DNA of 64,000 bases from Candidatus Zixiibacteriota bacterium (GTDB lineage Bacteria > Zixibacteria > MSB-5A5 > GN15 > JAAZOE01), in the NCBI GenBank assembly GCA_043819555.1, contig JBDREQ010000020.1, positions 1-64,000 on the forward strand, read 5' to 3'. Below the pieces are notes generated by a model. It saw only the letters and a list, made by a program, of their open reading frames with translations. It did not search any database and had not been told where the DNA came from. The first letter of the stretch is position 1. Every line of letters starts with the position of its first letter. The position numbers and the translations under genes were made by a program. Positions 28,735-38,314 of the stretch are shown piece after piece.

Positions 28735-29577
28735 TTATTTTTCCGCTTCCCCTTCTTCACATGGAAGCACTTCTTCGTAAATTCTTGCTCCGATTGTACG
28801 GCAAATTACCGGATGTTGTATTGATGCCAATTCGCCAAACTTTACTGTTATTTCCAGAGCAATTGTTTCTTGCTCAAAAAGGCTATTGACTAACCACGTG
28901 AGATACATTTCAACATAATCTTCACGGACAGTACTATCATTTAATGCCTCTATGGCAATGTCAACAGAAGCAATCCAAGTTGCCTTTAATTCCGGACTTT
29001 CATTGTTTTTAAAATCTCCCAGTATTCGCGCGGCTGCAAAACGAATAGCCCAAAATCTGTGGTTCAGGGCTGGTAGTAAAAACCTGACCAATCTCTCATC
29101 GCCTTTTTGAGCCAATACACTGGCCGCCTCCAATGCAGCCTGGGCAGTATCTGCGATGAGAGATTCCCAATTAATATCAATTGCTTCCCACTTTCGAAGC
29201 CAGTTTATCCCATCCTCATGATTAAATTGCGATAATAGTTTGGCGGTCTCAAGCTGAACCTTGATTGAAGATGATTCCAAAAAAGGCGGAATCATTTTCA
29301 AAAATGAGGAATCATTATTCTCTTGCAGCCATATTAGAGTATAGGCCTGCGCCCATTCATTTCCGCTGTTTAATGCTCTCGTTAGACTTTCTGTTGTAGG
29401 CTCATATCCAAAACTCAGCAATATATCTTCAGTTGTCGGCAATATTCCTTCATCAGCATACGCGGGAACTGAAAAACATATCATACTCCAGACAAACGCA
29501 GATATCCAAATAAGCGATTTGAAATCTTTCGCGGAAGTCAGAATATTCATATTAACTAATCCTAACAACCGGGCCAC
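28735..29577 (-). CDS. Exported HEAT-repeat-like protein
   Basis: Hydrophobic N-terminus ending PAYA-DE; helical repeats KVQLETAKLL, ALEAASVLA and WAIRFAAARILG. Start may be 29550. Confidence 0.6.
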   Translation of the reverse strand: MARLLGLVNMNILTSAKDFKSLIWISAFVWSMICFSVPAYADEGILPTTEDILLSFGYEPTTESLTRALNSGNEWAQAYTLIWLQENNDSSFLKMIPPFLESSSIKVQLETAKLLSQFNHEDGINWLRKWEAIDINWESLIADTAQAALEAASVLAQKGDERLVRFLLPALNHRFWAIRFAAARILGDFKNNESPELKATWIASVDIAIEALNDSTVREDYVEMYLTWLVNSLFEQETIALEITVKFGELASIQHPVICRTIGARIYEEVLPCEEGEAEK

Positions 29578-31696
29578 TTTGTTTTAAGTTCGGCAATCAA
29601 AGCATCATGCACTTCTTTCTGCTTAGTATAACATTTTGAAGTATTTGGTTGAGTTTCATCGTTGCTCGGTTTAGTATGCGAAGGTCGGTTTTTCTTAGCT
29701 TCTGTAATGGCGTCTTTAAGGAAAGCATCGGCAGCAGCCTTCATTTTGGCCACTGCTTCTTCGGGAGTATCAACTGCCGGTATAACGCATGCCGTTTGGA
29801 GAGCTTCAATTTTTGGTTCAGCCAGTTCCCACTGCGCATCTAAAACAGTTTTCCATTCTTTTTGGTGCTGGCCTTCGTGCGCTTGTGTCGCGGCAAGCGA
29901 CGTATATGTTGATTTGGGGGCACGACCCGGAGGGGGAGCGCCTTTGAATTCCAAATCCTTTACGATCTTTTTGCAATCCGCTTCACTCGTTACATCGTCC
30001 TTACTTTTAATGTCCGTTCGGCCTGTTTACAGACAGAAATCGAATACTTCGCCCTACATTCATCCACCCGCATTTCCCAGTTATCTCCATCCAGGCAGCA
30101 GGCCTTATATTTGGCGCTTGGCATGTATGCTTCCCAGAGTCCGAAATCGCCACCACAATTCGGAGTTTTGCTGGGAGTTTCCTCATATGTTACCGCAACA
30201 TCCGGATTTGGATCACATGCCGGGGCATTGCAGCATACGGCTGAATCAATCAAACAGGGCGCGTCGCCACCCTTAAAAACGAAATTGATAACGTACACGG
30301 CATCACCGACATTGACAGATCCATCATTATTGGCGTCCCCAGCATACATCGGCTCCGGAGGAGGGCCGCCTTTAAACACATGATTGATAACATAGACGGC
30401 ATCACCGACATTTGTTGAGCCATCTCTATTGGCATCTCCGCAAACAATCGCCTCTGTAAGATTTATTGAGATTCCGCAAATTTCACCTTCTCCAAGAATG
30501 TCCCGCACCTCAATCATAATTTCATGCACCCCGGTGTCGGAAGGCGTTGACTGCCATTCATAAACGCCGGTTGCGGGATCCAGGATTCCTGGTCCATATA
30601 ATGTATAAGTAAGTTCATCGCACAATTCGGGCCCAAAAGCATTGAATATGTACTGGATGTACGAACCTGCTTCAGCCTCAATATCTTCGTAACAGGCATT
30701 ATCAAACACCGGAGCATAGCTATATATAATCACTTCGGTTGTGAACACATCCGAACAACCGGTGGGATCACAGACCTGATATACAACACTGTGAATCCCG
30801 ATATCCTCTGGCCCCGGTTCCCACTCCCATTCACCGGTGGCAGTATTCATTGTACCCGGTCCTTCAATCAGCTCAAATGTGATTTCATCTCCCTCAGCAT
30901 CTTCGCCAAAGAAATCGTAATACATATAACTACAGATATAGCGATTAAGTGTTTCTGGATGATTGGTAACATAAGGGAGAGTATTCGGATCGGGGCAGCA
31001 AACGTTGGCGAATATATGGAAATTAATATCTATACCCCAATCATCTGCAATAAAACCCCAGATGCTATTCCAATATTCCATTGAACGCCACTGCCCGCAT
31101 GATCCATCGTCTGACATTATTGAAATCGTGTCATTTATCTGATCAATGACCGTATATCCAACATAGAAATCGCCGGTTACGGTAATCGGTTCGGTAGGAA
31201 AAACAGTTGTAAGATAAGGGAAAAAATAAATTTCGGATCCGGGAACATGAATAATTTCTATTAGTTCTCCCGGAAATCCGTATTCATCGCTATCCCAAAT
31301 TAATACATTAATCCCATTTCCTGAAACATTAACGCTGCCAGCTTCCCAAAATGCGAAACTAACTGACGTCAATGTGCAAGCATCAAGCGGCGTAAATCGC
31401 ATATTAAAGAAATCGTCTCCATAAGCATCAGGAATAGGCCAATAATAATACTCGTTGCAAGTATAATCCAGCCACTCACAATAGGATTTATCGCCGACCG
31501 CTTGTGATTTTTCCGGCAATGAAATATCCGCCCCCGACAATATCTTCTCTTTGTCGATTAATCGAGGGGTTTTTCCCTGAATAGTATTCTCTGTCGCGAC
31601 ATTTTCTGAACTGACATCCAAGGCCAGTAACAGCATAAATATGCCGCAGCTTAGAACCGTTATTGTGAAAATAAAAGCACTGACTTTCCTTTGCAT
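29562..31696 (-). pseudogene. Frameshifted secreted protein: N-terminal domain, Ig-like repeats, dockerin, C-terminal HExxH domain
   Basis: The 31696..29990 ORF (GGAGG RBS, signal peptide, two Ig-like repeats, dockerin CGDANRDGSTNVGDAV) joins the 29562-ending frame (TGRTDIKSKDD..AHEGQH) if one base is inserted between about 30028 and 29990. This could be a real frameshift or an assembly indel. Confidence 0.6.
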
Positions 31697-32010
31697 ATAA
31701 CCTCCCCGCAACATATGCCAATCCATCGCGATAAAACACCCCGCATTCGCGAATGAATTAAGATTTATATAACTTGTTCACTGGGTAATTCTCCCGCCCC
31801 GGGATGAATTACATTTGCCAATGCAAAATCAGATATAGGATTTAATTTTTATGAAATTTGAATCGCAAATTCCACCTTCCATCTTCGATAAACATATATA
31901 TTTTGCGCCCAAAAGTCAATTGCTTTAACCCTCACAAATAGTCAATTGACAATTTGACCAAATAGTTGTTTCTTGGATTTGCTCGCTGAATTATAAACTA
32001 AGGTGTAATT

Positions 32011-33063
32011 ATGACAGATGCAGTATATGAAAAATTGGCCGAAGCGTTGGACCGTCTTCCCAACGGTTTTCCGCGAACGCCTTCAAACGTTGAGATACCG
32101 CTTCTTAAAAGGATGTTTACGTCCGATGAAGCAATCCTGGCTTCTCATCTTACGATTGAAATGGAACCCGCCCCGGATATTGCAGAGCGGGTATCTTTAC
32201 CCTCGGAAGCAGCATCTGAAAAGCTAATTGATATGGCCAAGCGTGGACTAATCTGGTTTGAAAAAACACAGGATGAGCTAAAATTCAGACTGGCTCCTTT
32301 CATTGTCGGTGTGTACGAATCACAAATTGGCAACATGGATGAAGAATTGGCCGGACTGATCGATGAATATCTTGCTGATGGCGGAGCGGCGGGAATTATG
32401 AAATACGACCCGGCCCTTCATCGAGTAGTTCCGGTTCGGGGAGCCATTCATGGCGAATGGGTTTTACCTTACGAAGACGTGAAGAAAATTCTTCAGGAAG
32501 CGAAATCATACGCTACCCACGATTGCATTTGCCGTGTACAGCGTGCTCAGCTTGGCCATGCCTGCGATCGTCCTGTTCATAATTGCCTGGCATTCAATAT
32601 ATCCAAATTGCCGCCCGGATTTGACTCCATTACTCAAGATGAAGCTCTCAGGATTCTGGATGAGGCAGAAGAGGAAGGATTGGTCCATACTGTTAGTAAT
32701 GTCGCTACGGGAATTGGATATATCTGTAATTGCTGCGGTTGCTGCTGCGCCATCCTGCGAGGGATCACAGAATGGGGAATGGAAAAATCGGTGGCCTATG
32801 CCAATTATTATGCGGAGATCGATGCTGATTTATGTTCTGACTGCAAAACGTGCCAGGAACGGTGTCAGGTTGATGCGATTGAAACCCGGGACGATGTTTC
32901 ATTTGTCATCCGCGAAAAGTGTATTGGATGTGGTTTATGCGCGACCGGCTGTCCTGAAGAAGCGGCTCAATTGAAACCGAAACCGGAAGAAGAGATTGTT
33001 CATCCTCCCGAGAATTTCCCTGCCTGGGAACGGCTGCGATTGCAATCAAGGGGAATGGCGTAA
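32011..33063 (+). CDS. 4Fe-4S dicluster-binding protein with N-terminal winged-helix-like region
   Basis: CICR, ICNCCGCCC, CSDCKTCQERC and CIGCGLCATGCP. Confidence 0.8.
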   Translation: MTDAVYEKLAEALDRLPNGFPRTPSNVEIPLLKRMFTSDEAILASHLTIEMEPAPDIAERVSLPSEAASEKLIDMAKRGLIWFEKTQDELKFRLAPFIVGVYESQIGNMDEELAGLIDEYLADGGAAGIMKYDPALHRVVPVRGAIHGEWVLPYEDVKKILQEAKSYATHDCICRVQRAQLGHACDRPVHNCLAFNISKLPPGFDSITQDEALRILDEAEEEGLVHTVSNVATGIGYICNCCGCCCAILRGITEWGMEKSVAYANYYAEIDADLCSDCKTCQERCQVDAIETRDDVSFVIREKCIGCGLCATGCPEEAAQLKPKPEEEIVHPPENFPAWERLRLQSRGMA

Positions 33064-33095
33064 TGTTGACGGGATTCGCATATATATTCTAATTG

Positions 33096-33128
33096 AAAAA
33101 ATACCGCCGGTTTTGTAAATGCCGGCGG
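33096..33128. terminator. Probable terminator between convergent genes
   Basis: A-run followed by the stem ccgccgg...ccggcgg. Confidence 0.55.
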
Positions 33129-33153
33129 CTTAAATTAAAAGGACTTCGGATCC

Positions 33154-34515
33154 CTACTCTTTATTGACGATTAAATCCTTTCGTGACAGATTTAATTTGT
33201 CGAAACTCTCCGATGATATGACATAATACCAATCTGAAAAGCGGGCATTCAACGTTTCACTGAGAATTCGGCCATCAGTAACATTCTTGTGCCATTTTTC
33301 GTGAGCGTCATACCCGGTTTTATTATCACGATCGGCGTCTGTCCATAGGCTGTCATCAGTCGTTAAAAAGTCAGTATTGGCAGGTTTGGACGGTTCGGTA
33401 AACACAGATTGGTCAAACTCGGTTGATATAAAAAGATATCTGTTTTCAGCGCTTTCTCCACTACCGTCGCCGTCCTCGGTACCGGCGGTCACCGATAGTC
33501 CTGTTCCATAGAGAACTTCACCGAATCGCAGGGTGTAAATGACGCCGTCATCAGTCCTGACTATTAATTCACCTTCGTTTGATTTGAGTTCGCCGTCCCG
33601 GGTAAAATAAAATCCCTTACTCTGGAGGTTCATAACATCAGCACGATTGATTTCCTGTCCATTTTGGTTTTGCTTTTGCAGGTTTTGAGACAGGCCGGCC
33701 GGCTTGGGACGAACGCCGACAATTTTCAAACCATCAATCGCGGTTTTTAATTCGGATAATATGGTCGAATCGACTTTTTTCCCGTATCCCATATCCTGAG
33801 CTGTCCAGTCGCTGCCGTTTTTATATAAAATTAGTTCATCGTGTTCGTTCAGGCGCCCCGATCTTTCATCAATGGAATAATCAAGAAGGGACAGGCGATT
33901 GATTTTGTTTTTATCGACTTTCAGCAGGTCCGTATCAATCCAATCCTCAAATTTGGTGGAGATGTCTATGGATGTTTTGACCGCATAGACTCGTTTCTCA
34001 TCAGGCAACCTCACAAATCTGAATCCTTGACCCTCTTCAACCGGATTGCCGATTATCAAATCAGCAAGGATATTCTCTTGAATATCCTTAATAGTAACCC
34101 GCGTGCCGTATCCTGATGACGCCAAATTGGATTCATCCAACGGATCGATGACACCGCAGGATTCATGATCGGCAATTTTATCCGAACGAAAATCATCTTT
34201 GACGATGCCAATAATTCCCGAAGCTATGCGAGCCAAACGATCCTTATTATCGGCAGGGTAATCATGATGGGAGGGGATGCTCCACCGATTTTTCGTAAAC
34301 GTTACCTTAAAAGGCAATGCCGTTCCTGTATTATTATCGTATTCTACAATTTCAAGGGTGGCTGCCGCGTTGGGATCGTTAAAATTCGGGAAAAATGATT
34401 CTCCCTGATCCTGAAAAGCCGAAGGGATTATTCGATCAGGAGACGCGATCAGAGCTATTATAAGAAGGGCCGCAGCGGCACCCGCGAACCATAAAGTTGT
34501 TTTATTATCTTTCAT
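33154..34515 (-). CDS. DUF4340-like periplasmic protein of Gld-type ABC cluster
   Basis: N-terminal anchor; YPAD..., LIIG..., FVRLPDEKRVY, ISTKFEDW motifs; position after the GldFG-like gene. Confidence 0.7.
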   Translation of the reverse strand: MKDNKTTLWFAGAAAALLIIALIASPDRIIPSAFQDQGESFFPNFNDPNAAATLEIVEYDNNTGTALPFKVTFTKNRWSIPSHHDYPADNKDRLARIASGIIGIVKDDFRSDKIADHESCGVIDPLDESNLASSGYGTRVTIKDIQENILADLIIGNPVEEGQGFRFVRLPDEKRVYAVKTSIDISTKFEDWIDTDLLKVDKNKINRLSLLDYSIDERSGRLNEHDELILYKNGSDWTAQDMGYGKKVDSTILSELKTAIDGLKIVGVRPKPAGLSQNLQKQNQNGQEINRADVMNLQSKGFYFTRDGELKSNEGELIVRTDDGVIYTLRFGEVLYGTGLSVTAGTEDGDGSGESAENRYLFISTEFDQSVFTEPSKPANTDFLTTDDSLWTDADRDNKTGYDAHEKWHKNVTDGRILSETLNARFSDWYYVISSESFDKLNLSRKDLIVNKE

Positions 34516-34519
34516 TGCG

Positions 34520-37204
34520 CTAACTCCTCAATCTTCTCGCGGCAATTGTTCCTTCATGCTCCCGGCGTCGGCGCCGGATAAATTTCATTACTCCCAGGAC
34601 AAAAACAGGGACGGGTGGGAGTAACACGGCCAAAGTTTTTATATTGGCCTGGATAGCCCGGATCGCGATTTCGGTGTTTTCCTGGCTGCGGGCTATAGTT
34701 GCGTCACGATTGGCCTCGATATTCGCCTGCATAGCTTCAAATCTCTTATTTTCCACTTCCTGCATATTCTGAGCCATGATTTGTTTGGTTTGTTCATCGA
34801 CATCGGTTCGATTGCGCACTCCAGCGACTTTTTCATTGAGCCGCTGCTGAGCTTCCGATAACGCTTTTCGCGCCTCTTCCTCAGCTTGGCGTTCTTCCTC
34901 AAGACGTTGTGTAATAAATTCCTGGGTTTTGGCTTCAACGGCAGTTAAAGTGCGGTGTTTCACGCGCCGATTGCGCAATTCGACGAAAGATTTGTCATCA
35001 GCCAGGTAATCGATACTATTTAAGAAAAAACCGATATTATCGAAATTGAGGTTGGCAATGCCTCGGTTGCGGATTTCAAAAAACTGCTGCGAGATAAAAT
35101 CGACATCAGCGATAATCAATAGATTTATCATATTACCGGACTTGTTTTCCGGATCGTTTTCAATTTGATTGCCGGAGGTTGTCCCCGAAATTCGGGCGGC
35201 CACTGTATATATATCAGGGGTCGCCATCCGTCTGGGCCGGGGGTTAAGGTTCAATCCGAAAAAGCCGCGCTGCACAAGATTGTACCAGTGATGTACGCCC
35301 GAAACCAGTCCTGTTTGCAGAAGCGGTTCAAATACCAGATTAGGTTCGGGAGGATATTCGAGATATCCAGGGAACATAAAGACAACTTCCTGCAAGTCGG
35401 CGCTGACCGGATTATCCCGATTGAAAGCATTTTTGTTTTTATTCCCTTCGCCGATGAAAATAATTTCCTGCTGGAGAACTGAAAGATCGGGGTGGGGATT
35501 ATACACATCCCAGATTACTTCGGACATTTTCCAGGGAACGCCGATCTCCTTCATGAACTGTTCCATATCTCCCTTGGGTGGTTTCTGCTGCTGATTCTGC
35601 TGAAACATGCTGACCTGGGCGTCGCTGGGCAGGATGGGGGAGAGGGATATATCAATAAGAGGCATGGGGTCAATCAATAAAACGGTGGGATTTCCAGCTT
35701 TTATATAATTTTTCAAATTATCCAATTCTTCCTGACCCATTGTTGAAGGCATAACAGCCAGTAAGACATCCATTTTCTGCGCAATCGGTTCTGTCGGGTT
35801 GACCATGAGGACTTCGTATTGCTTGTGCAGTTCACCAACTACCGGCCAGGGAGGGACTTGTTGTCCGGTCTGGTAATTAAAGTCTCCAAATAATTTTACA
35901 CCGGTGCTCAGTATCCCGATTTTCTTGCGATCGCTTTGTGCGACTGAACGGATGCTTCGTATGAGTTCATATTCAACGGGGAGCCCAATGTCAAAAAATG
36001 GAATAACCTCTTCTCGTGCGCCGCAGGTCAACGCAACACCGAGAAAAACTTTAGCCTGACCGGAGCGGCCGCCCTCATTCACAAATGTTTCCTGAGGCAT
36101 TATGTTGAATTTTTCGCGGGCTTCACGGGCTTCTTCAGAAAACGGCTCAGTATCCTTTATGAGAATTTGTACCTGGTCGCCGCTGACTGCCGCAATTTCT
36201 TCCAGCTTTCCGATGATGTTAGCTCGCGATTCGACAAAATTGCGCGGTACTTCGGGGCTTATATATGCCTGAATGAGTACCTGTTTATCTTCAGGCAAAT
36301 CGTTTAAAAGTTGTCTGGAAGTATCTGACAATGAGTGCAACCCTTCGGCGGTAACATCAATCCGCAAAGCCATTGTAGCAACAATCGCTACAAACGAAAA
36401 GACGGCGATAATCAAAGCCACAGTTCGAATAAAATAATGAATCCACATTTTATATCCGCCTGCGGTAGCCGGCCAATGCCGCTTCCCAAGAATAATAACA
36501 TTCAAATACACCATTATTGAGGAGACGCCAATAAAATAAAATAAACCCGAGAAACTGATAACACCCCTCGCAAAATCCTTCAGATATTTTTCAACCGCTA
36601 TGCGCCCAATGATGCTTTGCAGCCATTCACCGGTAAGCCATTCAAGGCTACCGATAAATATAAATATTGAACAAAACACCATACCCAAAATAAACCCGAT
36701 AGTCGCGTTGGAGGTAAGAAGCGAAGCCAGCATCCCAATTCCCAAAAACGCGGCTCCGATTAGCCAATAGCCAAAATAATTGGAGATCATTAATCCCAGA
36801 TCAGGACTGCCCAGCCAAAATAAAACAATAATATGGCTAAATGATAAAACAAGGGAGGCTGAGTAGATTCCCAGAACCGAAAGATATTTGCCCAGGACAA
36901 TTTCAATATCTGTGGCCGGAATGGTCAAAAGAAGTTCGTCAGTACCCTGCCTGCGCTCCTCGGCCCAAACGTTCATCGTTACGGCCGGAATGAATATGAG
37001 AAGCAAGTAGGGGAACATGGAATTCAATTGATCAAGATTGGCCAGGTTATTGGCAAAAAATCGATCTTGCCAGAAAGCCGCGGCGGCGCTCAGAAAAATA
37101 AAAACAGTTATAAACAAATATCCGGTTGGGCTGCTGAAGTACAATTTGAGGTCTCGCTTACTGATAACGGATATTACTCGCCAGTTTAGATTCAGTTTCC
37201 TCAT
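34520..37204 (-). CDS. Fused GldF-like ABC permease and GldG-like auxiliary protein
   Basis: N-terminus RDLKLYFSSPTGY, WAEERRQGTDELLLT, VLGKY; then RIDVTAEGLHSLS, EYELIRSI, NSIDYLADD..LR. Confidence 0.8.
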   Translation of the reverse strand: MRKLNLNWRVISVISKRDLKLYFSSPTGYLFITVFIFLSAAAAFWQDRFFANNLANLDQLNSMFPYLLLIFIPAVTMNVWAEERRQGTDELLLTIPATDIEIVLGKYLSVLGIYSASLVLSFSHIIVLFWLGSPDLGLMISNYFGYWLIGAAFLGIGMLASLLTSNATIGFILGMVFCSIFIFIGSLEWLTGEWLQSIIGRIAVEKYLKDFARGVISFSGLFYFIGVSSIMVYLNVIILGKRHWPATAGGYKMWIHYFIRTVALIIAVFSFVAIVATMALRIDVTAEGLHSLSDTSRQLLNDLPEDKQVLIQAYISPEVPRNFVESRANIIGKLEEIAAVSGDQVQILIKDTEPFSEEAREAREKFNIMPQETFVNEGGRSGQAKVFLGVALTCGAREEVIPFFDIGLPVEYELIRSIRSVAQSDRKKIGILSTGVKLFGDFNYQTGQQVPPWPVVGELHKQYEVLMVNPTEPIAQKMDVLLAVMPSTMGQEELDNLKNYIKAGNPTVLLIDPMPLIDISLSPILPSDAQVSMFQQNQQQKPPKGDMEQFMKEIGVPWKMSEVIWDVYNPHPDLSVLQQEIIFIGEGNKNKNAFNRDNPVSADLQEVVFMFPGYLEYPPEPNLVFEPLLQTGLVSGVHHWYNLVQRGFFGLNLNPRPRRMATPDIYTVAARISGTTSGNQIENDPENKSGNMINLLIIADVDFISQQFFEIRNRGIANLNFDNIGFFLNSIDYLADDKSFVELRNRRVKHRTLTAVEAKTQEFITQRLEEERQAEEEARKALSEAQQRLNEKVAGVRNRTDVDEQTKQIMAQNMQEVENKRFEAMQANIEANRDATIARSQENTEIAIRAIQANIKTLAVLLPPVPVFVLGVMKFIRRRRREHEGTIAARRLRS

Positions 37205-37968
37205 AATGAACCTCCCCCGCCGTTTAATTCTGAGGGGCGGCCATAGTTTGTCATTTTATAAAACGATTCTTCTATGGAGTTTTGTTTTCTTAAATCTTCC
37301 GGAGAACCGTCGAAGACGAGCCTGCCATTATGGATTAATAGTACGCGGGCGGCAACCGCTTCAACTTCCTGAAGAATGTGGGTCGAAAGTAAGATAGTTT
37401 TAGTGTTGGCCAGTTCAGAAATATTATCTCTGAAATCTCGGATTTGATTTGGGTCCAATCCCGCCGTGGGTTCATCCATAATAAGGACGTCAGGATCGTG
37501 CAAAAGAGCCTGAGCCAGGCCGACCCGCTGCCGATATCCTCGCGATAATTTACCAATCGGTTTTTCGAGTACTGTTTGCAGCGCACATCGGTTTACTACA
37601 ATATCAATTCTTTGACTCAGAAATTTTTCTTCAATCTCTCGTGCCTCTCCAAAAAACCGTAATAGCTCCAGGGGTGTCATGTTTTCATAAAGAGGGCCGT
37701 TTTCCGGTAGGTACCCTAAAAAGCGAGATGCTTCCAGCCTCTTTCCTGACACATCATGTCCGCAGATGAAAGCGGAACCTTCACTGGGCCGCATAAATCC
37801 GGTCAAAAGCCTCATCGTAGTGGTTTTTCCCGCACCATTAGGCCCCAAAAAAGCGACAATTTGGCCTTTTGGGATCGAAAAGGAAATTTCCTTGATGGCC
37901 ACGAATTCTCCAAAATATTTTGAAAGATTTCGCGCCTCAATCATTGGTTTAGCGTTGCCGTCTGTCAT
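37201..37968 (-). CDS. ABC transporter ATP-binding protein (GldA-like)
   Basis: GPNGAGKTT, LSRGYRQRVGLAQA, DEPTAGLDPNQI, STH. Start reassigned to ATG 37968. Confidence 0.9.
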   Translation of the reverse strand: MTDGNAKPMIEARNLSKYFGEFVAIKEISFSIPKGQIVAFLGPNGAGKTTTMRLLTGFMRPSEGSAFICGHDVSGKRLEASRFLGYLPENGPLYENMTPLELLRFFGEAREIEEKFLSQRIDIVVNRCALQTVLEKPIGKLSRGYRQRVGLAQALLHDPDVLIMDEPTAGLDPNQIRDFRDNISELANTKTILLSTHILQEVEAVAARVLLIHNGRLVFDGSPEDLRKQNSIEESFYKMTNYGRPSELNGGGGSL

Positions 37969-38036
37969 CAATATTACCTCGCATAAGAATCCCAACACAT
38001 AACACGTTAATTATATTTGTACCGGTCAGAGTTTGG

Positions 38037-38065
38037 ATTATAAATAACCAAAGCCAATCTGTCAA
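38037..38065 (-). promoter_or_regulatory. Consensus sigma70 promoter of the Gld-type ABC operon
   Basis: TTGACA-N17-TATAAT. Confidence 0.8.
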
Positions 38066-38314
38066 GCGCGACAGATAAAGCCATTCTCTCCTCTTTTAAT
38101 AAGCCATTATGGCAAATATGAATTATATTTCAGTATATTTCATGGGTTCCAGAATATTTTTGCAAATTTCTCAAACATAAAGCCATGAATAGGTGTTTCA
38201 TAAATCCCGGAATTTGTTATATTTAGACGGAAATTACTTAAAGGCGCTCAATGATTATAAGCTGATTGCGTACTAATGTTAACGCACAACATTTTCAAAC
38301 AGCAGAAGGTCACT

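Noticed and set aside
29662..30276. 204-aa plus-strand ORF
   Set aside because: Antisense shadow of the frameshifted dockerin-HExxH gene with no recognisable motif.
31785..31812. Hairpin upstream of the dockerin-HExxH gene as a riboswitch
   Set aside because: A single stem with no recognisable riboswitch consensus or expression platform.
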